DNA of 32,000 bases from Vibrio alginolyticus NBRC 15630 = ATCC 17749 (lineage in GTDB: Bacteria; Pseudomonadota; Gammaproteobacteria; Enterobacterales; Vibrionaceae): contig NC_022349.1 of NCBI RefSeq assembly GCF_000354175.2, forward strand, positions 1,020,001 through 1,052,000, given 5' to 3'. A model generated the notes under the pieces. It worked only from the letters and a program-made list of their open reading frames with translations, made no database searches and was not told where the DNA came from. The position numbers were made by a program, and so were the translations under genes. Positions 21,347 through 31,151 of this stretch are shown one piece after another. Every line of letters begins with the position of its first letter. Positions within the stretch are counted from its first letter, which is position 1.

Positions 21347-22738
21347 CTAATGAAGTAATTCTCCGACCGTCTTCACGGCTTGTTCTAATTCATCATTTAC
21401 AGGTAACGATGTATTAAGCCTCAGGTAGCTCTCATAATTTGGAGCGACAGAAAACAACTGACCAAATGCTACAGTGATGTTCGCTTCCAATAACTTTTGA
21501 TAAATCGCTTTTCCGCACTTTGTTTTCGGCAGTTCTATCCAAAGAAAATAGCCGCCTTCCGGTTGTGTGTAACGAATCGATTGGGGAAAGTACTTATCAA
21601 CCAGTTCAATAAACGCCAATTGCCGCTGCTCAAGATTCTTTCGCAGTTTTCTAAGATGGCTATCATAACTTTCGTTTTGCAAGTAATGCGCGATACCCTG
21701 CTGGATTGGTGCACTGCCTGACAACGTCGAGATAAGTTGCAGCTTTTGAAGTTGCTCATTGAAGCGTTTGTTTACCACCCAGCCCAGCCTATAGCCAGGG
21801 CAAAGGCTTTTTGAAAATGATCCACAATGCAACACGCGCTCTTGTGTATCAAAAGCTTTAAGTGAGCTTGGTTTTTTTTCAGAAAAATAAAGCTCTGAAT
21901 ACACATCATCTTCGATCAAGTACACATCGTATTTATCAGCCAGTTCGACGATACGTTGCTTCTGCCCGTCACTTAATAAGGTTCCTGTTGGATTGTGAAA
22001 GTTAGTCATTAACCAACATGCGCGAACATCATTGTCGGCAAAAGTCGCTTCAATTTGATCCACTGAATGTCCAGTTAACGGATCCACCGTTATTTCTATC
22101 GCCTTTAGACCTAAACGTTCAATCGCTTGAAGTGCGCCATAAAACGTCGGTGATTCAACTACAACAGTATCTCCAGGCTGGGTCACGGCCTGAAGGCTCA
22201 AATTCAACGCTTCTAATGCGCCAGAAGTAACGACAATATCATCATGGGTAAACACCATACCTTGTTGGATGTACCGTTGAGCAATCAAACGGCGTAGAGA
22301 CTCACAGCCCGGCGGCAAGTTATCCAATAACGTCTCTGCCCCCATCTTCCTGCCCGAGCTGGCTAGGTTGCGGTTTAGCGCTTCTAATGGGAACAATGCT
22401 GGGTCTGGAAACGCGGAGCCAAACTTCACCGCATTCGGTGTGGCCTGATTTTTGAGGTAGTCGTAAAGTTCATCGTTGATGCTAGAGCGATAAACGGAAG
22501 TGGCTGGAGAACTCGGTTCGAAGCGGTCCAACTCCGCAGTCACAAAGTATCCAGACTGAGGTTTCGCAGCGACCCAACCTTGTGCTTCGAGCAGCTGATA
22601 AGCTTGTAATACCGTACCTGCGCTGACAGAATGGTTTCGGCTTGTTACACGCACTGATGGCAGCTTTTCCCCTGCTCTCCATGTATTTTGCTGAATCTGC
22701 GTTTTGAACAGCTCAGCCAGTTGACGGTATCGGTTCAT
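21347..22738 (-). CDS. MocR-subfamily GntR transcriptional regulator (N-terminal wHTH fused to a PLP-dependent aminotransferase-fold domain)
   Basis: The GntR HTH reads LPSVRVTSRNHSVSAGTVLQAYQLLEAQGWVAAKPQSGYFV. The class-I aminotransferase-like C-terminus has the PLP-lysine motif SFSKSLCPGYRLGW. Confidence 0.88.
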   Translation of the reverse strand: MNRYRQLAELFKTQIQQNTWRAGEKLPSVRVTSRNHSVSAGTVLQAYQLLEAQGWVAAKPQSGYFVTAELDRFEPSSPATSVYRSSINDELYDYLKNQATPNAVKFGSAFPDPALFPLEALNRNLASSGRKMGAETLLDNLPPGCESLRRLIAQRYIQQGMVFTHDDIVVTSGALEALNLSLQAVTQPGDTVVVESPTFYGALQAIERLGLKAIEITVDPLTGHSVDQIEATFADNDVRACWLMTNFHNPTGTLLSDGQKQRIVELADKYDVYLIEDDVYSELYFSEKKPSSLKAFDTQERVLHCGSFSKSLCPGYRLGWVVNKRFNEQLQKLQLISTLSGSAPIQQGIAHYLQNESYDSHLRKLRKNLEQRQLAFIELVDKYFPQSIRYTQPEGGYFLWIELPKTKCGKAIYQKLLEANITVAFGQLFSVAPNYESYLRLNTSLPVNDELEQAVKTVGELLH

Positions 22739-22997
22739 GTTTCCCTCATTTCACTTACAGCCGCACCATAGCATACTTCGCGCCAGCATTCTGATATGGG
22801 AGTATTCAATTTAGCAACGTAATTTATCAAGTTTATCAATAGATATTTCAGCCACGAAGTGAGCGTTTATATCCCATACTTTGACCGTTACACACATATT
22901 GCCTCACATCTTTGCAATACCTAAAAGCCAAGGTTTTACGTTGGACTGAGTGCGTTAAACTCACTTCGAACTACTGTCTTTAAATCAGGAGGAAGCG

Positions 22998-23237
22998 ATG
23001 AAAGTTTTTACAATGGACGATCTCTCGTATCGCGGAAAACATGGAAAACATAAAGGTGTACATAGTTGGGACCATCCTGGCAGTACCACCCCTTATTATT
23101 GGCATCCTGATTGGCTGCATATCGCTGAAGATGCTTTGGGTGAACACAAAAAGGCTGACCTTGAAGTCCCTGATGGAGAAACAGCGACAGAAGAGCATGC
23201 AAAAGCGGCGATTCTCAAACACTTGAATGACGAGTAG
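22998..23237 (+). CDS. Small conserved hypothetical protein (79 aa), paralog 1 of a tandem pair with a W/H-rich YYWHPDWLH core
   Basis: A strong RBS AGGAGG lies 5 nt upstream of the ATG. It shares GVHSW..P...PYYWHPDWLH.AEDA.G.H.K..LEV......E.HA..AILKH.ND with the ORF at 23483. Conservation at the protein level supports this frame over the overlapping ORFs. Confidence 0.65.
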   Translation: MKVFTMDDLSYRGKHGKHKGVHSWDHPGSTTPYYWHPDWLHIAEDALGEHKKADLEVPDGETATEEHAKAAILKHLNDE

Positions 23238-23482
23238 TTTAGGCTCTATCACCGTTCAAGAATAGCATTAGGTAGGCGAATCCATCGTTGTATGCTTTAA
23301 ACACAAATAAAGCTAAAACCTGCCAAATAGTAAATTCTTCTGAATGAGAAGTACGCATCTTCTATAGCGTTCAAAGGGCAAAATAAGTCGATTGTTATCA
23401 CATTAATTTTCATTACATCTGTTACATTTAAATAGTAATGGTGATGCACACCTCAACTCATGGATTATGAGAGAAAACAATA

Positions 23483-23782
23483 ATGGCGAAATACAACGAA
23501 GAAGATATTAAATACAAAGGTGAATCCAACGGCGTACATTCTTGGAGCTCTCCTTCCGGCCAACCTTATTACTGGCACCCAGATTGGCTACACGTTGCGG
23601 AAGATGCGACGGGTACGCATCCGAAGCAAAAACTTGAAGTTGAAAAGACAGAAGTACCAACCGAAAAGCACGCATTAAAAGCGATCTTAAAGCATATGAA
23701 CGACTGGGCGACTGAAAAACTTTCTTCTAACCCTGACATCGAAACCAATGCGGTTGAGTCGGAAATCAATCTGAAGAAATAA
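23483..23782 (+). CDS. Small conserved hypothetical protein (99 aa), paralog 2 of the tandem pair, with a C-terminal extension
   Basis: It has the same conserved core as 22998-23237 and is followed by a Rho-independent terminator. Confidence 0.65.
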   Translation: MAKYNEEDIKYKGESNGVHSWSSPSGQPYYWHPDWLHVAEDATGTHPKQKLEVEKTEVPTEKHALKAILKHMNDWATEKLSSNPDIETNAVESEINLKK

Positions 23783-23812
23783 CCCCCACCGATATCCATA
23801 CTCTAACAGTAA

Positions 23813-23840
23813 ACGCTCCACCTTTGGTGGGGCGTTTTTG
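23813..23840 (+). terminator. Rho-independent terminator after the second small paralog
   Basis: cgctccacc (23814-23822) pairs with ggtggggcg (23826-23834), including one G-U pair. The loop is ttt, followed by tttttg. Confidence 0.7.
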
Positions 23841-24113
23841 TCTCAACAAATCCTCACTAGACAATTATAAACGTGTTAACGCAAAGCACTGAATTGAAAC
23901 GATTGGGATGTGTGCAAAACTTCTCCAACCATGGCATAAATGCCCTTCAAACTCTGTGCCTACCAAACGTTTTCATGGCAAAAACTTTAGTTATGTTAGA
24001 ATTCTGTTTCAAATCGCAACTTTTTTAGGTTTTCTTTTCAGTAACGGTTGTAACCAATATTGCTGAAAGGTATAAATGTTAGCACACCCCTTCGATTAAC
24101 ATGGATGAAGATT

Positions 24114-25304
24114 ATGTTTGAAAAAGTAGTTGCCGCTCCGGCTGACCCTATTCTTGGCCTTACTGAAGAGTTTAAAAAAGATGCTCGCGCAGACAAAATT
24201 AACCTTGGCGTAGGTATTTACAAAAACGAGCAAGGCGAAACTCCCGTTCTTGCGACAGTAAAGAAAGCTGAAGCAGCACTTGTTGAAACTGAAAAAACCA
24301 AATCTTACCTAACCATCGAAGGCACAGCAGAGTACGGCATTGCAGTGCAAAAACTGCTTTTCGGCTCTGATGCAGAAATTGTAAACGAAAAACGCGCTAA
24401 AACAGCTCAAGCTCCGGGTGGTACTGGTGCACTACGTGTTGCCGGCGAGTTTATTAAACGTCAACTAGGCGATGTAAAGATCTGGATCAGCAACCCAACA
24501 TGGGCGAACCACAACGGCGTATTTACTGCTGCTGGTATCGAAACGGCACAATACAGCTACTACAATGCTGAAACAAAAGACAAAGACTTCGATGCGATGC
24601 TAAATGATCTGCAATCTGCATCTGAAGGCGACATCGTGCTTCTACACGGCTGCTGTCACAACCCTACAGGGATCGATCCTACGGCTGAAGAATGGGAAAC
24701 ATTGGCGAAACTTGTCGCAGAGAAGAAATTGCTTCCTCTGTTCGACTTCGCCTACCAAGGCTTTGCTAAAGGTGTGGAAGAAGATGCTGCAGGTCTTCGT
24801 ACTTTTGCTAAATACAACAAAGAAATCCTAGTCGCGAGCTCTTTCTCGAAAAACTTTGGCCTATACAATGAACGCGTAGGTGCCTTCACGTTAGTAGCTG
24901 AGTCAGAAGAAGTCGCAACAACCGCTTTTTCTCAAGTTAAAGCCATTATTCGCTCTATCTACTCTAACCCACCTGCACACGGCAGCGCTGTCGTGACTCA
25001 CATTCTTGGCAACGCCGAAATGCGTGCGGAATGGGAAGCTGAAGTAGCAGAAATGCGTGACCGCATTCAAGAAATGCGTGAACTGTTTGTAGCGACACTA
25101 AAAGCAGAGGGTGTGGACGCAGACTTTAGTTTCATCGAACGTCAAAATGGTATGTTCTCTTTCTCTGGTCTTTCTAAAGAGCAAGTTAACCGCCTTAAAG
25201 AAGAGTTCGGTATTTACATTGTCGGTTCTGGCCGAATCAGTGTTGCTGGTATGACGAAGTCAAATATGGGCCCTCTATGTAAAGGCATTGCAGCGGTTTT
25301 ATAA
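24114..25304 (+). CDS. aspC: aspartate aminotransferase
   Basis: 396 aa from the ATG at 24114 ([16 protein letters not shown]...). It is collinear with E. coli AspC as recalled ([16 protein letters not shown]...HGCCHNPTG...[15 protein letters not shown]...YSNPPAHG). The ORF-track start at 24060 adds 18 aa that have no homology support. Confidence 0.94.
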   Translation: MFEKVVAAPADPILGLTEEFKKDARADKINLGVGIYKNEQGETPVLATVKKAEAALVETEKTKSYLTIEGTAEYGIAVQKLLFGSDAEIVNEKRAKTAQAPGGTGALRVAGEFIKRQLGDVKIWISNPTWANHNGVFTAAGIETAQYSYYNAETKDKDFDAMLNDLQSASEGDIVLLHGCCHNPTGIDPTAEEWETLAKLVAEKKLLPLFDFAYQGFAKGVEEDAAGLRTFAKYNKEILVASSFSKNFGLYNERVGAFTLVAESEEVATTAFSQVKAIIRSIYSNPPAHGSAVVTHILGNAEMRAEWEAEVAEMRDRIQEMRELFVATLKAEGVDADFSFIERQNGMFSFSGLSKEQVNRLKEEFGIYIVGSGRISVAGMTKSNMGPLCKGIAAVL

Positions 25305-25331
25305 TCGACTGTCGCATACTTTATTAAAAGG

Positions 25332-25359
25332 AAAGGTCAGCATAAGCTGACCTTTTTTG
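25332..25359. terminator. Rho-independent terminator after aspC (also placed to serve the convergent OMP gene)
   Basis: aggtcagc (25334-25341) pairs with gctgacct (25346-25353), with loop ataa. A T-run (25354-25358) follows and an A-run precedes it. Confidence 0.8.
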
Positions 25360-25393
25360 TTTTAACTTAACGCCAAAAACGAACCCGTCCGAT

Positions 25394-26035
25394 CTAGTAG
25401 ACAAACTTCAAACTCAGCCCTACTTCATTGACGTAATCTGAGCTTTCACCGCTGTAATCAGTATCTCTAAACTGATAAAAAAGACCAGTGCCGATGACTT
25501 TATGCCATTGGTAGTTAAGACCGATCTTAAAATTGTTCTCATCAACGATATCACTACGGTTCAACTCCACTTCAGCTGTCGCAATAAGCTTTTCACTGAG
25601 CAAGTAATTCACCCCAACAGTTACAGCTTGAATCAATTCGCTATCGGAAGACAACGTATTATCCGTTTTGTCGTCCGTCGCTTTCGCTTTGATTGCGCCT
25701 ATTCCATATAGCCCGTAGATATCGAATTGCTCTGTAACTCCATAACGGTAACCACCACCAAACAAAAGGCGGTCAATGCGAAGAGTAAAATCATCCGGAT
25801 GGAAAAACTGCGCTGAGTAATCAACATTAAACAACCAGTTCTCAGTAAACAAATAGTTACCACCGAGTCCAACTGTGGTCGCATTAGAGTTATCTAACCA
25901 TTCTTCGTTTGTCGTTCCGGCACCAACATCCAAATGAATGTGTTCGTACCCAAATTTTTCTGCTTGGTCCATGACCGCTGCGCTTGATATCGCCGGCAAA
26001 GCAGCTAAAGAAACAAGCAATAAATTTCTCACCAT
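25394..26035 (-). CDS. Small outer-membrane beta-barrel protein (OmpW/OmpA-N-like porin family)
   Basis: The signal peptide is MVRNLLLVSLAALPAISSAAV. The sequence has alternating amphipathic strands rich in G/Y/N and a C-terminal aromatic end LSLKFVY. The start at 26035 (AGGAAG RBS) is preferred over 26050. Confidence 0.7.
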   Translation of the reverse strand: MVRNLLLVSLAALPAISSAAVMDQAEKFGYEHIHLDVGAGTTNEEWLDNSNATTVGLGGNYLFTENWLFNVDYSAQFFHPDDFTLRIDRLLFGGGYRYGVTEQFDIYGLYGIGAIKAKATDDKTDNTLSSDSELIQAVTVGVNYLLSEKLIATAEVELNRSDIVDENNFKIGLNYQWHKVIGTGLFYQFRDTDYSGESSDYVNEVGLSLKFVY

Positions 26036-26349
26036 TCGACTTCCTTTCATGAGAATTATCTAAACACTGTATTCCATCGCCTGAGCTACTTGGCTCAAGA
26101 AGAATAGCTTAATCTAAAGACGTGATAACGATCTGAAACAGCCAAAGATCTAATCAGTCATCACGAAGAAAACATATCGACGACGTCTTTTTCAATTGAG
26201 GTGACCATATAGTAGTAAAAATGAAGCTCCCTTATCGTGCGATATGTCAGAATCTTATGACTGAGCACGAAAATCGCGGTTCAGATAAGACTCTGTTTTA
26301 AAACTAAGTTAAGATTACTTTATTATTTGCGAACTAAAAGGCGCCTTCG

Positions 26350-28239
26350 ATGGATGCAGAACTTCTCGAGATTTACAACTTTCTCGCCAAGTATCCCCCG
26401 TTCAATGAACTCCCTGAAGAAACACTAAACAAGGTGACAGAGAGTGTCGAAATCTCGTACTACCGAGAAGATACCCCCATCATCCATTTTGGAGACTATA
26501 TCCAAGATTTATACGTGGTGCGAAGCGGTGTTGTTGAAGTTTATCGACGCAAAGGTGAGCTGTATAACCGCCTTGACGAAGGTGACCTATTTGGCCAGAT
26601 GGGCATGCTCACCAATAACAAAGTCCGCTTTCCGGTAAAAGCCATTGAGGATACCCTGCTCTACTGTATTCCTGGTGACATTTTCCAAGAAATTTACGAT
26701 AACTTTGATTCCTTTGCGGATTTTGTTGAAGTTGAAAATAGCGCTCGTTTACGCCAAGCCATTTCAGAAAACAAAGACGCCAATGACCTGACGACGTCGA
26801 AAGTGAAAACCTTGCTGACTGGCGATGCTCATACGATTGATCGTGGTCAGACAATCCAGCAAGCCGCGCAGCAAATGGCGAATGACAACGTATCGGCTTT
26901 ACTTATCGTCGACCCAGATTTCGTTCGTGACGAAGACGATCCACAGTCCCCAGTACTTGGTATCATTACTGACCGTGATTTGTGTACCCGTGTGTTAGCT
27001 GAAGGTTTGTCCCCACAGGACGATGTGTCCAGTGTGATGACCACGGAGGTCATGTCTCTTGACCACAACGCTTACATCTATGAAGCAATGTTAACGATGC
27101 TGCGTTACAACGTACATCACCTACCAGTGGTAAAAAACCAATTACCAATCGGTATTATCGAAACAACCGACATTGTTCGTTATGAATCTCAGAATTCGTT
27201 GTTGTTGGTGAGTAGTATTTTCCAACAACAGACTATCGAAGATTTAGCCGTTGTTGCCGAAGAAGTGAAAAGCAGCTTCGTGCGTCTGGTCAATGAAGAT
27301 GCCAACTCTCACATGGTGGGTAGCGCGATGTCGGTCATTGGACGAAGCTTCAAACAGCGTCTGCTAGAAATGGCAGAAGAAGAGCTTGGCCCACCGCCAA
27401 TTCCTTATTGTTTCCTTGCACTTGGCTCAATGGGGCGAGATGAGCAACTGTTGGTGACTGACCAAGATAACGCCATCATTCTAGATGAGACTTATCAAGA
27501 GGAGAAACATGGTAAATACTTCGAAGCCCTAGCAAAATACGTCAGCGATGGGTTAGATGCCTGTGGCTACAAATATTGCACAGGCGATATTATGGCAACC
27601 AACCCACTATGGCGCATGACTCGTTCAGAGTGGGAAGAGTGTTTTGCTGACTGGATTGATAACCCGAACCCGAAAGCACTACTCAACGCCTCCATCTTTT
27701 TCGATTTGGATGGCGTCTATGGCCGCTTAAAATGGGCAGAACAGTTAACCAGCTTTATTGTTCGTCGCGCTCGAAAGAACAACCGCTTCTTAGCGTGTTT
27801 GGCTCGTAACGCACTAAACAGAACACCACCTCTGGGCTTCTTTAAAGACTTCGTGATGGAAAAAGATGGCAGACACAACAACTCCATCAACCTCAAACGT
27901 CGCGGTACTGCTCCTCTGGTCGACTTAATTCGTGTTCACTCTCTGGCAGTTGGCTCACGTGCACAGAACTCGTTTGAGCGTCTCGACGACATCATTGACG
28001 CTGGCATTTTGCCAAAAGGTCGAGCACAAGACTTAAAAGACGCGTTAGAGTTTATTTCCATGGTGCGTATTCGTCACCAAGCGACGGACGTGGAACTAGG
28101 CATTGATCCTGATAACAATATCGAACCGGAAAACCTCTCTGAGTTTGAACGTCGCAACCTAAAGGATGCATTCCAGATCCTAAGCAATGGTCAAAATTTC
28201 CTTAAGTTCCGCTACCAAGCGAACAAGAGCTTTAAGTGA
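26350..28239 (+). CDS. cNMP-binding / tandem CBS / DUF294-type (GlnD-like) nucleotidyltransferase protein
   Basis: The N-terminal cyclic-nucleotide-binding fold reads DLYVVRSGVVEVYRRKGELYNRLDEGDLFGQMGML. The CBS pair contains VSALLIV...GIITDRDL and HHLPVV...GIIETTDI. The pol-beta-type NTase motif is GSMGRDEQLLVTDQDNAII. The C-terminus is a substrate-binding helical domain. Confidence 0.8.
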   Translation: MDAELLEIYNFLAKYPPFNELPEETLNKVTESVEISYYREDTPIIHFGDYIQDLYVVRSGVVEVYRRKGELYNRLDEGDLFGQMGMLTNNKVRFPVKAIEDTLLYCIPGDIFQEIYDNFDSFADFVEVENSARLRQAISENKDANDLTTSKVKTLLTGDAHTIDRGQTIQQAAQQMANDNVSALLIVDPDFVRDEDDPQSPVLGIITDRDLCTRVLAEGLSPQDDVSSVMTTEVMSLDHNAYIYEAMLTMLRYNVHHLPVVKNQLPIGIIETTDIVRYESQNSLLLVSSIFQQQTIEDLAVVAEEVKSSFVRLVNEDANSHMVGSAMSVIGRSFKQRLLEMAEEELGPPPIPYCFLALGSMGRDEQLLVTDQDNAIILDETYQEEKHGKYFEALAKYVSDGLDACGYKYCTGDIMATNPLWRMTRSEWEECFADWIDNPNPKALLNASIFFDLDGVYGRLKWAEQLTSFIVRRARKNNRFLACLARNALNRTPPLGFFKDFVMEKDGRHNNSINLKRRGTAPLVDLIRVHSLAVGSRAQNSFERLDDIIDAGILPKGRAQDLKDALEFISMVRIRHQATDVELGIDPDNNIEPENLSEFERRNLKDAFQILSNGQNFLKFRYQANKSFK

Positions 28240-28247
28240 GGTTTAGC

Positions 28248-28967
28248 ATGATTAAAAAGCTCTTTCAGAAGCCAACCATTCAGTGGCCAACGAAGTTTGA
28301 ACAAAAGCTGGAGATGGCGAAGGATGAGAATTTAATTGCGTTTTATAGCAACAAGCCGCCTGCTCCAGAAACACCGTTATCTGAGGTGGAGTTCGTGGCG
28401 TTAGATTTCGAAACGACGGGTTTGAATCCTGAAAAACATGACATCATTACTATTGGTTTAGTGCCGTTTAACCTGAAGCGAATTTTCCTACGTAACTCGC
28501 GTCATTGGAAGGTACGTCCACAGCGTGCACTCGATGAAGACTCAGTCATTATACACGGTATTACTCACAGCGAATTGATCGATGCGCCTGACTTAGGCGA
28601 TATCTTAAGCGAGCTGCTACCATGCTTAAGCGGGAAAATCATTGTTGTTCATTACCGTCGTATCGAGAGAGAGTTTCTGGATAAAGCGCTCAAAAGCCGT
28701 TTAGGGGAAGGTATTGAGTTTCCTGTTTTAGATACGCTGCACCTTGAAGAAACGATTCAACAGAAACGTTCAGGCTCTCTCTGGAAGCGTTTAAAAGGGA
28801 AAAAACCAGAATCGGTTCGGCTAGCGCAATCTCGACGCCGTTATGGGCTGCCAGACTATACGCCTCACCATGCATTAACCGATGCAATTGCTACCGCAGA
28901 GCTACTGCAAGCGCAAATCGCCCATCATTACAGTGAAGAGCAACCCATCAGTGAGTTCTGGCTGTAA
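28248..28967 (+). CDS. DEDDh 3'-5' exonuclease (DnaQ/epsilon-like domain)
   Basis: The Exo I motif is VALDFETTGL and Exo III is HHALTDAIATAELL (H-x4-D). The ATG at 28248 is preceded by a GAGG RBS. The ORF-track GTG at 28236 overlaps the upstream stop. The gene is tightly linked to the DUF294 gene. Confidence 0.8.
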   Translation: MIKKLFQKPTIQWPTKFEQKLEMAKDENLIAFYSNKPPAPETPLSEVEFVALDFETTGLNPEKHDIITIGLVPFNLKRIFLRNSRHWKVRPQRALDEDSVIIHGITHSELIDAPDLGDILSELLPCLSGKIIVVHYRRIEREFLDKALKSRLGEGIEFPVLDTLHLEETIQQKRSGSLWKRLKGKKPESVRLAQSRRRYGLPDYTPHHALTDAIATAELLQAQIAHHYSEEQPISEFWL

Positions 28968-28993
28968 TATACTTCACGCTTAATAGCGATCAG

Positions 28994-29018
28994 AAAAGGA
29001 GCCAGATGGCTCCTTTTT
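28994..29018. terminator. Bidirectional Rho-independent terminator between the convergent exonuclease and MCP genes
   Basis: The sequence is aaaa-ggagcc-agat-ggctcc-ttttt, a 6-bp GC-rich stem flanked by an A-run and a T-run. Confidence 0.75.
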
Positions 29019-29036
29019 ACTTAGCTTGAGACAAGA

Positions 29037-30920
29037 TTACAGCTTAAAGCGTTGAATCTCTTGTTCAAGTTCGTGTGATAGCTCAGACAGGTGAGCAGCT
29101 TGTTCTGCTGCTTGATGAGCTTCGACTGACAACTCGTTAGACACGTCACGAATACCTTCAGTGTTACGAGTGATCTCTGTGGTTACCGATGCTTGCTCTT
29201 CTGCTGCTGAAGCAATCTGCGTTGCCATATCACTGATACGCTCAACAGCAGTGTGGATTTGCGTCAAGCTCGCTGCAGCCGCATTGGCATCATCAACACT
29301 GGTATCAGCTAGACGACGACTGTCACCCATAATACCGACCGCTTTGGCCGTTGTGCCTTGTAGCATCTCGATAGTTTCTTGAATCTCTTGCGTTGAAGCA
29401 TGAGTACGTTGGCTCAATACGCGGACTTCATCTGCAACCACAGCAAAACCACGGCCTTGCTCACCTGCACGTGCCGCTTCGATCGCCGCGTTAAGTGCAA
29501 GTAGGTTCGTTTGCTCTGCAATGCCTTGAATCGTTGATAGAATCGTATTGATGCTATTTCCGTGTGCTTCTAGCTCTTGAATCACATCAGTAGCAACTTG
29601 AACTTCTTGCGCTAAGTTCTGAATAGAGCCTTGCGTTTGAGTTACTTGGCTTGAACCGTGTGAACAAGCTTGAACCGCTTCTTCTGAGTTACTTGCCGTG
29701 CTATCAGCATTACCTGCAATTTCTTGTGTCGCTGCTGCCATTTCGTTCACGGCCGTCGCCACCATGTTGATTTCATCTTGCTGGTAAGAGATACGCTGAC
29801 TACGCTCCTCAGCTTGCTGTGCTGTCGTGCGTGCTTGCTCTGAAAGCGCAGAAGATACGTGGCTAAGCTTAGTAACCATTGTGTGCATGTTGCCAACAAA
29901 ACGGTTGAAGTTTTCCGCCAGTTTACCTACTTCATCATCACTGCGTGGTTCTAGGCGTTGCGTTAAGTCACCTTCACCAGATGCAATTTCTTCCAGTGCA
30001 TTTGATACGCGGTTCAAGTCACGGAACAAGAAACCAACTAGCCAAGAAACTGCAAGAATAACCACAATCGTGATCGCCACAGCAGTAAACAATAGATCTC
30101 GTAGCAATACCGCATGACCTGCTTCTTCTGTTGCGCGATCCATTTCAATCGCAAACATCCAATGCGTACCAGGAACTTTATTGAAGTAGTAAAGCTTCTC
30201 TTTTCCTTTGATTACCGTATCTTCGATACGACCTTCATCGGCGGCGCGCTCAATTGCCTCTTCTGAAAAATCTTTTAGAACACTGGTGATAGGCTTAAGC
30301 GTCAAGCTTTTATCTGGATGCGCTAAGAAGGTGCCTTCATTCATGTCGATTAGCATCGCATGCGCGTTTTCACCTGCATCTAAGTTAATCACATCGCTGA
30401 TAAGCTGATCGATCAGTACGTCCGCACCAACAACACCAACAAACTGACCATTTTTCATTACTGGCTCAGCAATGGTCACAAGTAGTGCATTCGTGATTGC
30501 GTCTTGATATGCGGCTGTGATGATTTGCTTACCCGCGGCATCAGCATCCTTGTACCAAGGACGTGTGCGAGGGTCATAATCAGCACGGTTACGCTCCGGA
30601 TGAGAGCGGTACATATCACCGTTTGGTGTACCAAGGAAGATGTCATCGAAGCCACCAGCCTTGCGAGCTTGTTGTAGGAAAGGAACAACGTCTTGCTCGG
30701 TCGAGTAGTCGTTGAACGCAGTGGCAATATCTTTACGGATATTGACCCAATCAGAAATTCCCTCTGACGCAGTAGTACTAAGACTTTGCGCACGTGAATA
30801 GACACCTGAACGAGTCTGATCAAATAATTGACCAGCCGACAACCAAGTAAGTGCTGTTGCCATCACAACAACAGCAGAAAGGCTTGCGCCTATAAGCTTT
30901 TGTTTTAATGATAATTTCAT
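29037..30920 (-). CDS. Methyl-accepting chemotaxis protein with double-Cache-type periplasmic ligand-binding domain
   Basis: TM1 is [18 protein letters not shown]. The periplasmic region, about aa 30-275, has dCache-like motifs ([27 protein letters not shown]). It is followed by TM2 and a HAMP domain. The MCP signalling hairpin is [35 protein letters not shown]. Confidence 0.9.
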   Translation of the reverse strand: MKLSLKQKLIGASLSAVVVMATALTWLSAGQLFDQTRSGVYSRAQSLSTTASEGISDWVNIRKDIATAFNDYSTEQDVVPFLQQARKAGGFDDIFLGTPNGDMYRSHPERNRADYDPRTRPWYKDADAAGKQIITAAYQDAITNALLVTIAEPVMKNGQFVGVVGADVLIDQLISDVINLDAGENAHAMLIDMNEGTFLAHPDKSLTLKPITSVLKDFSEEAIERAADEGRIEDTVIKGKEKLYYFNKVPGTHWMFAIEMDRATEEAGHAVLLRDLLFTAVAITIVVILAVSWLVGFLFRDLNRVSNALEEIASGEGDLTQRLEPRSDDEVGKLAENFNRFVGNMHTMVTKLSHVSSALSEQARTTAQQAEERSQRISYQQDEINMVATAVNEMAAATQEIAGNADSTASNSEEAVQACSHGSSQVTQTQGSIQNLAQEVQVATDVIQELEAHGNSINTILSTIQGIAEQTNLLALNAAIEAARAGEQGRGFAVVADEVRVLSQRTHASTQEIQETIEMLQGTTAKAVGIMGDSRRLADTSVDDANAAAASLTQIHTAVERISDMATQIASAAEEQASVTTEITRNTEGIRDVSNELSVEAHQAAEQAAHLSELSHELEQEIQRFKL

Positions 30921-31083
30921 ATTTATAGTTTTTTGAGTTGGGAGAACAGTTAAGGTGCATGAATATTACACACTTTTTTACGACTATTCACTAATTTTTA
31001 AAAAACAAAATAGCACATTAACTCTTTGTAAAATATGAACTTTCATGTGTCATTTTTTTGTCTCGAGCGTCATAAAAACCGCA

Positions 31084-31112
31084 CAAAAAAAGCCAGCAAA
31101 TTGCTGGCCTTT
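31084..31112 (-). terminator. Rho-independent terminator downstream of the BCCT transporter gene
   Basis: The minus-strand reading is aaaaggccagc-aattt-gctggc followed by T8. This corresponds to plus-strand 31084-31112 (aaaaaaaagccagcaaattgctggcctttt). Confidence 0.75.
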
Positions 31113-31151
31113 TGATTAATTGTTAGTCAAACGGTTTTATAAAATGCCGAA

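Noticed and set aside
22980-23252. Overlapping alternative ORFs (minus 22980-23252, minus 23008-23202, plus 23041-23226) across the first small paralog; likewise minus 23569-23799 across the second
   Set aside because: Only the plus frames at 22998 and 23483 show protein-level conservation between the two tandem copies, and only they have RBS support. The other frames are by-products.
26350-28967. Nucleotidyltransferase plus exonuclease pair as a CBASS-like or other anti-phage defence module
   Set aside because: The NTase is a GlnD/DUF294-type with cNMP and CBS regulatory domains, not a CD-NTase. Composition matches the surrounding core genes. No effector such as a TM, patatin, endonuclease or TIR protein is adjacent. 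I downgraded it to an uncharacterised housekeeping or regulatory pair.
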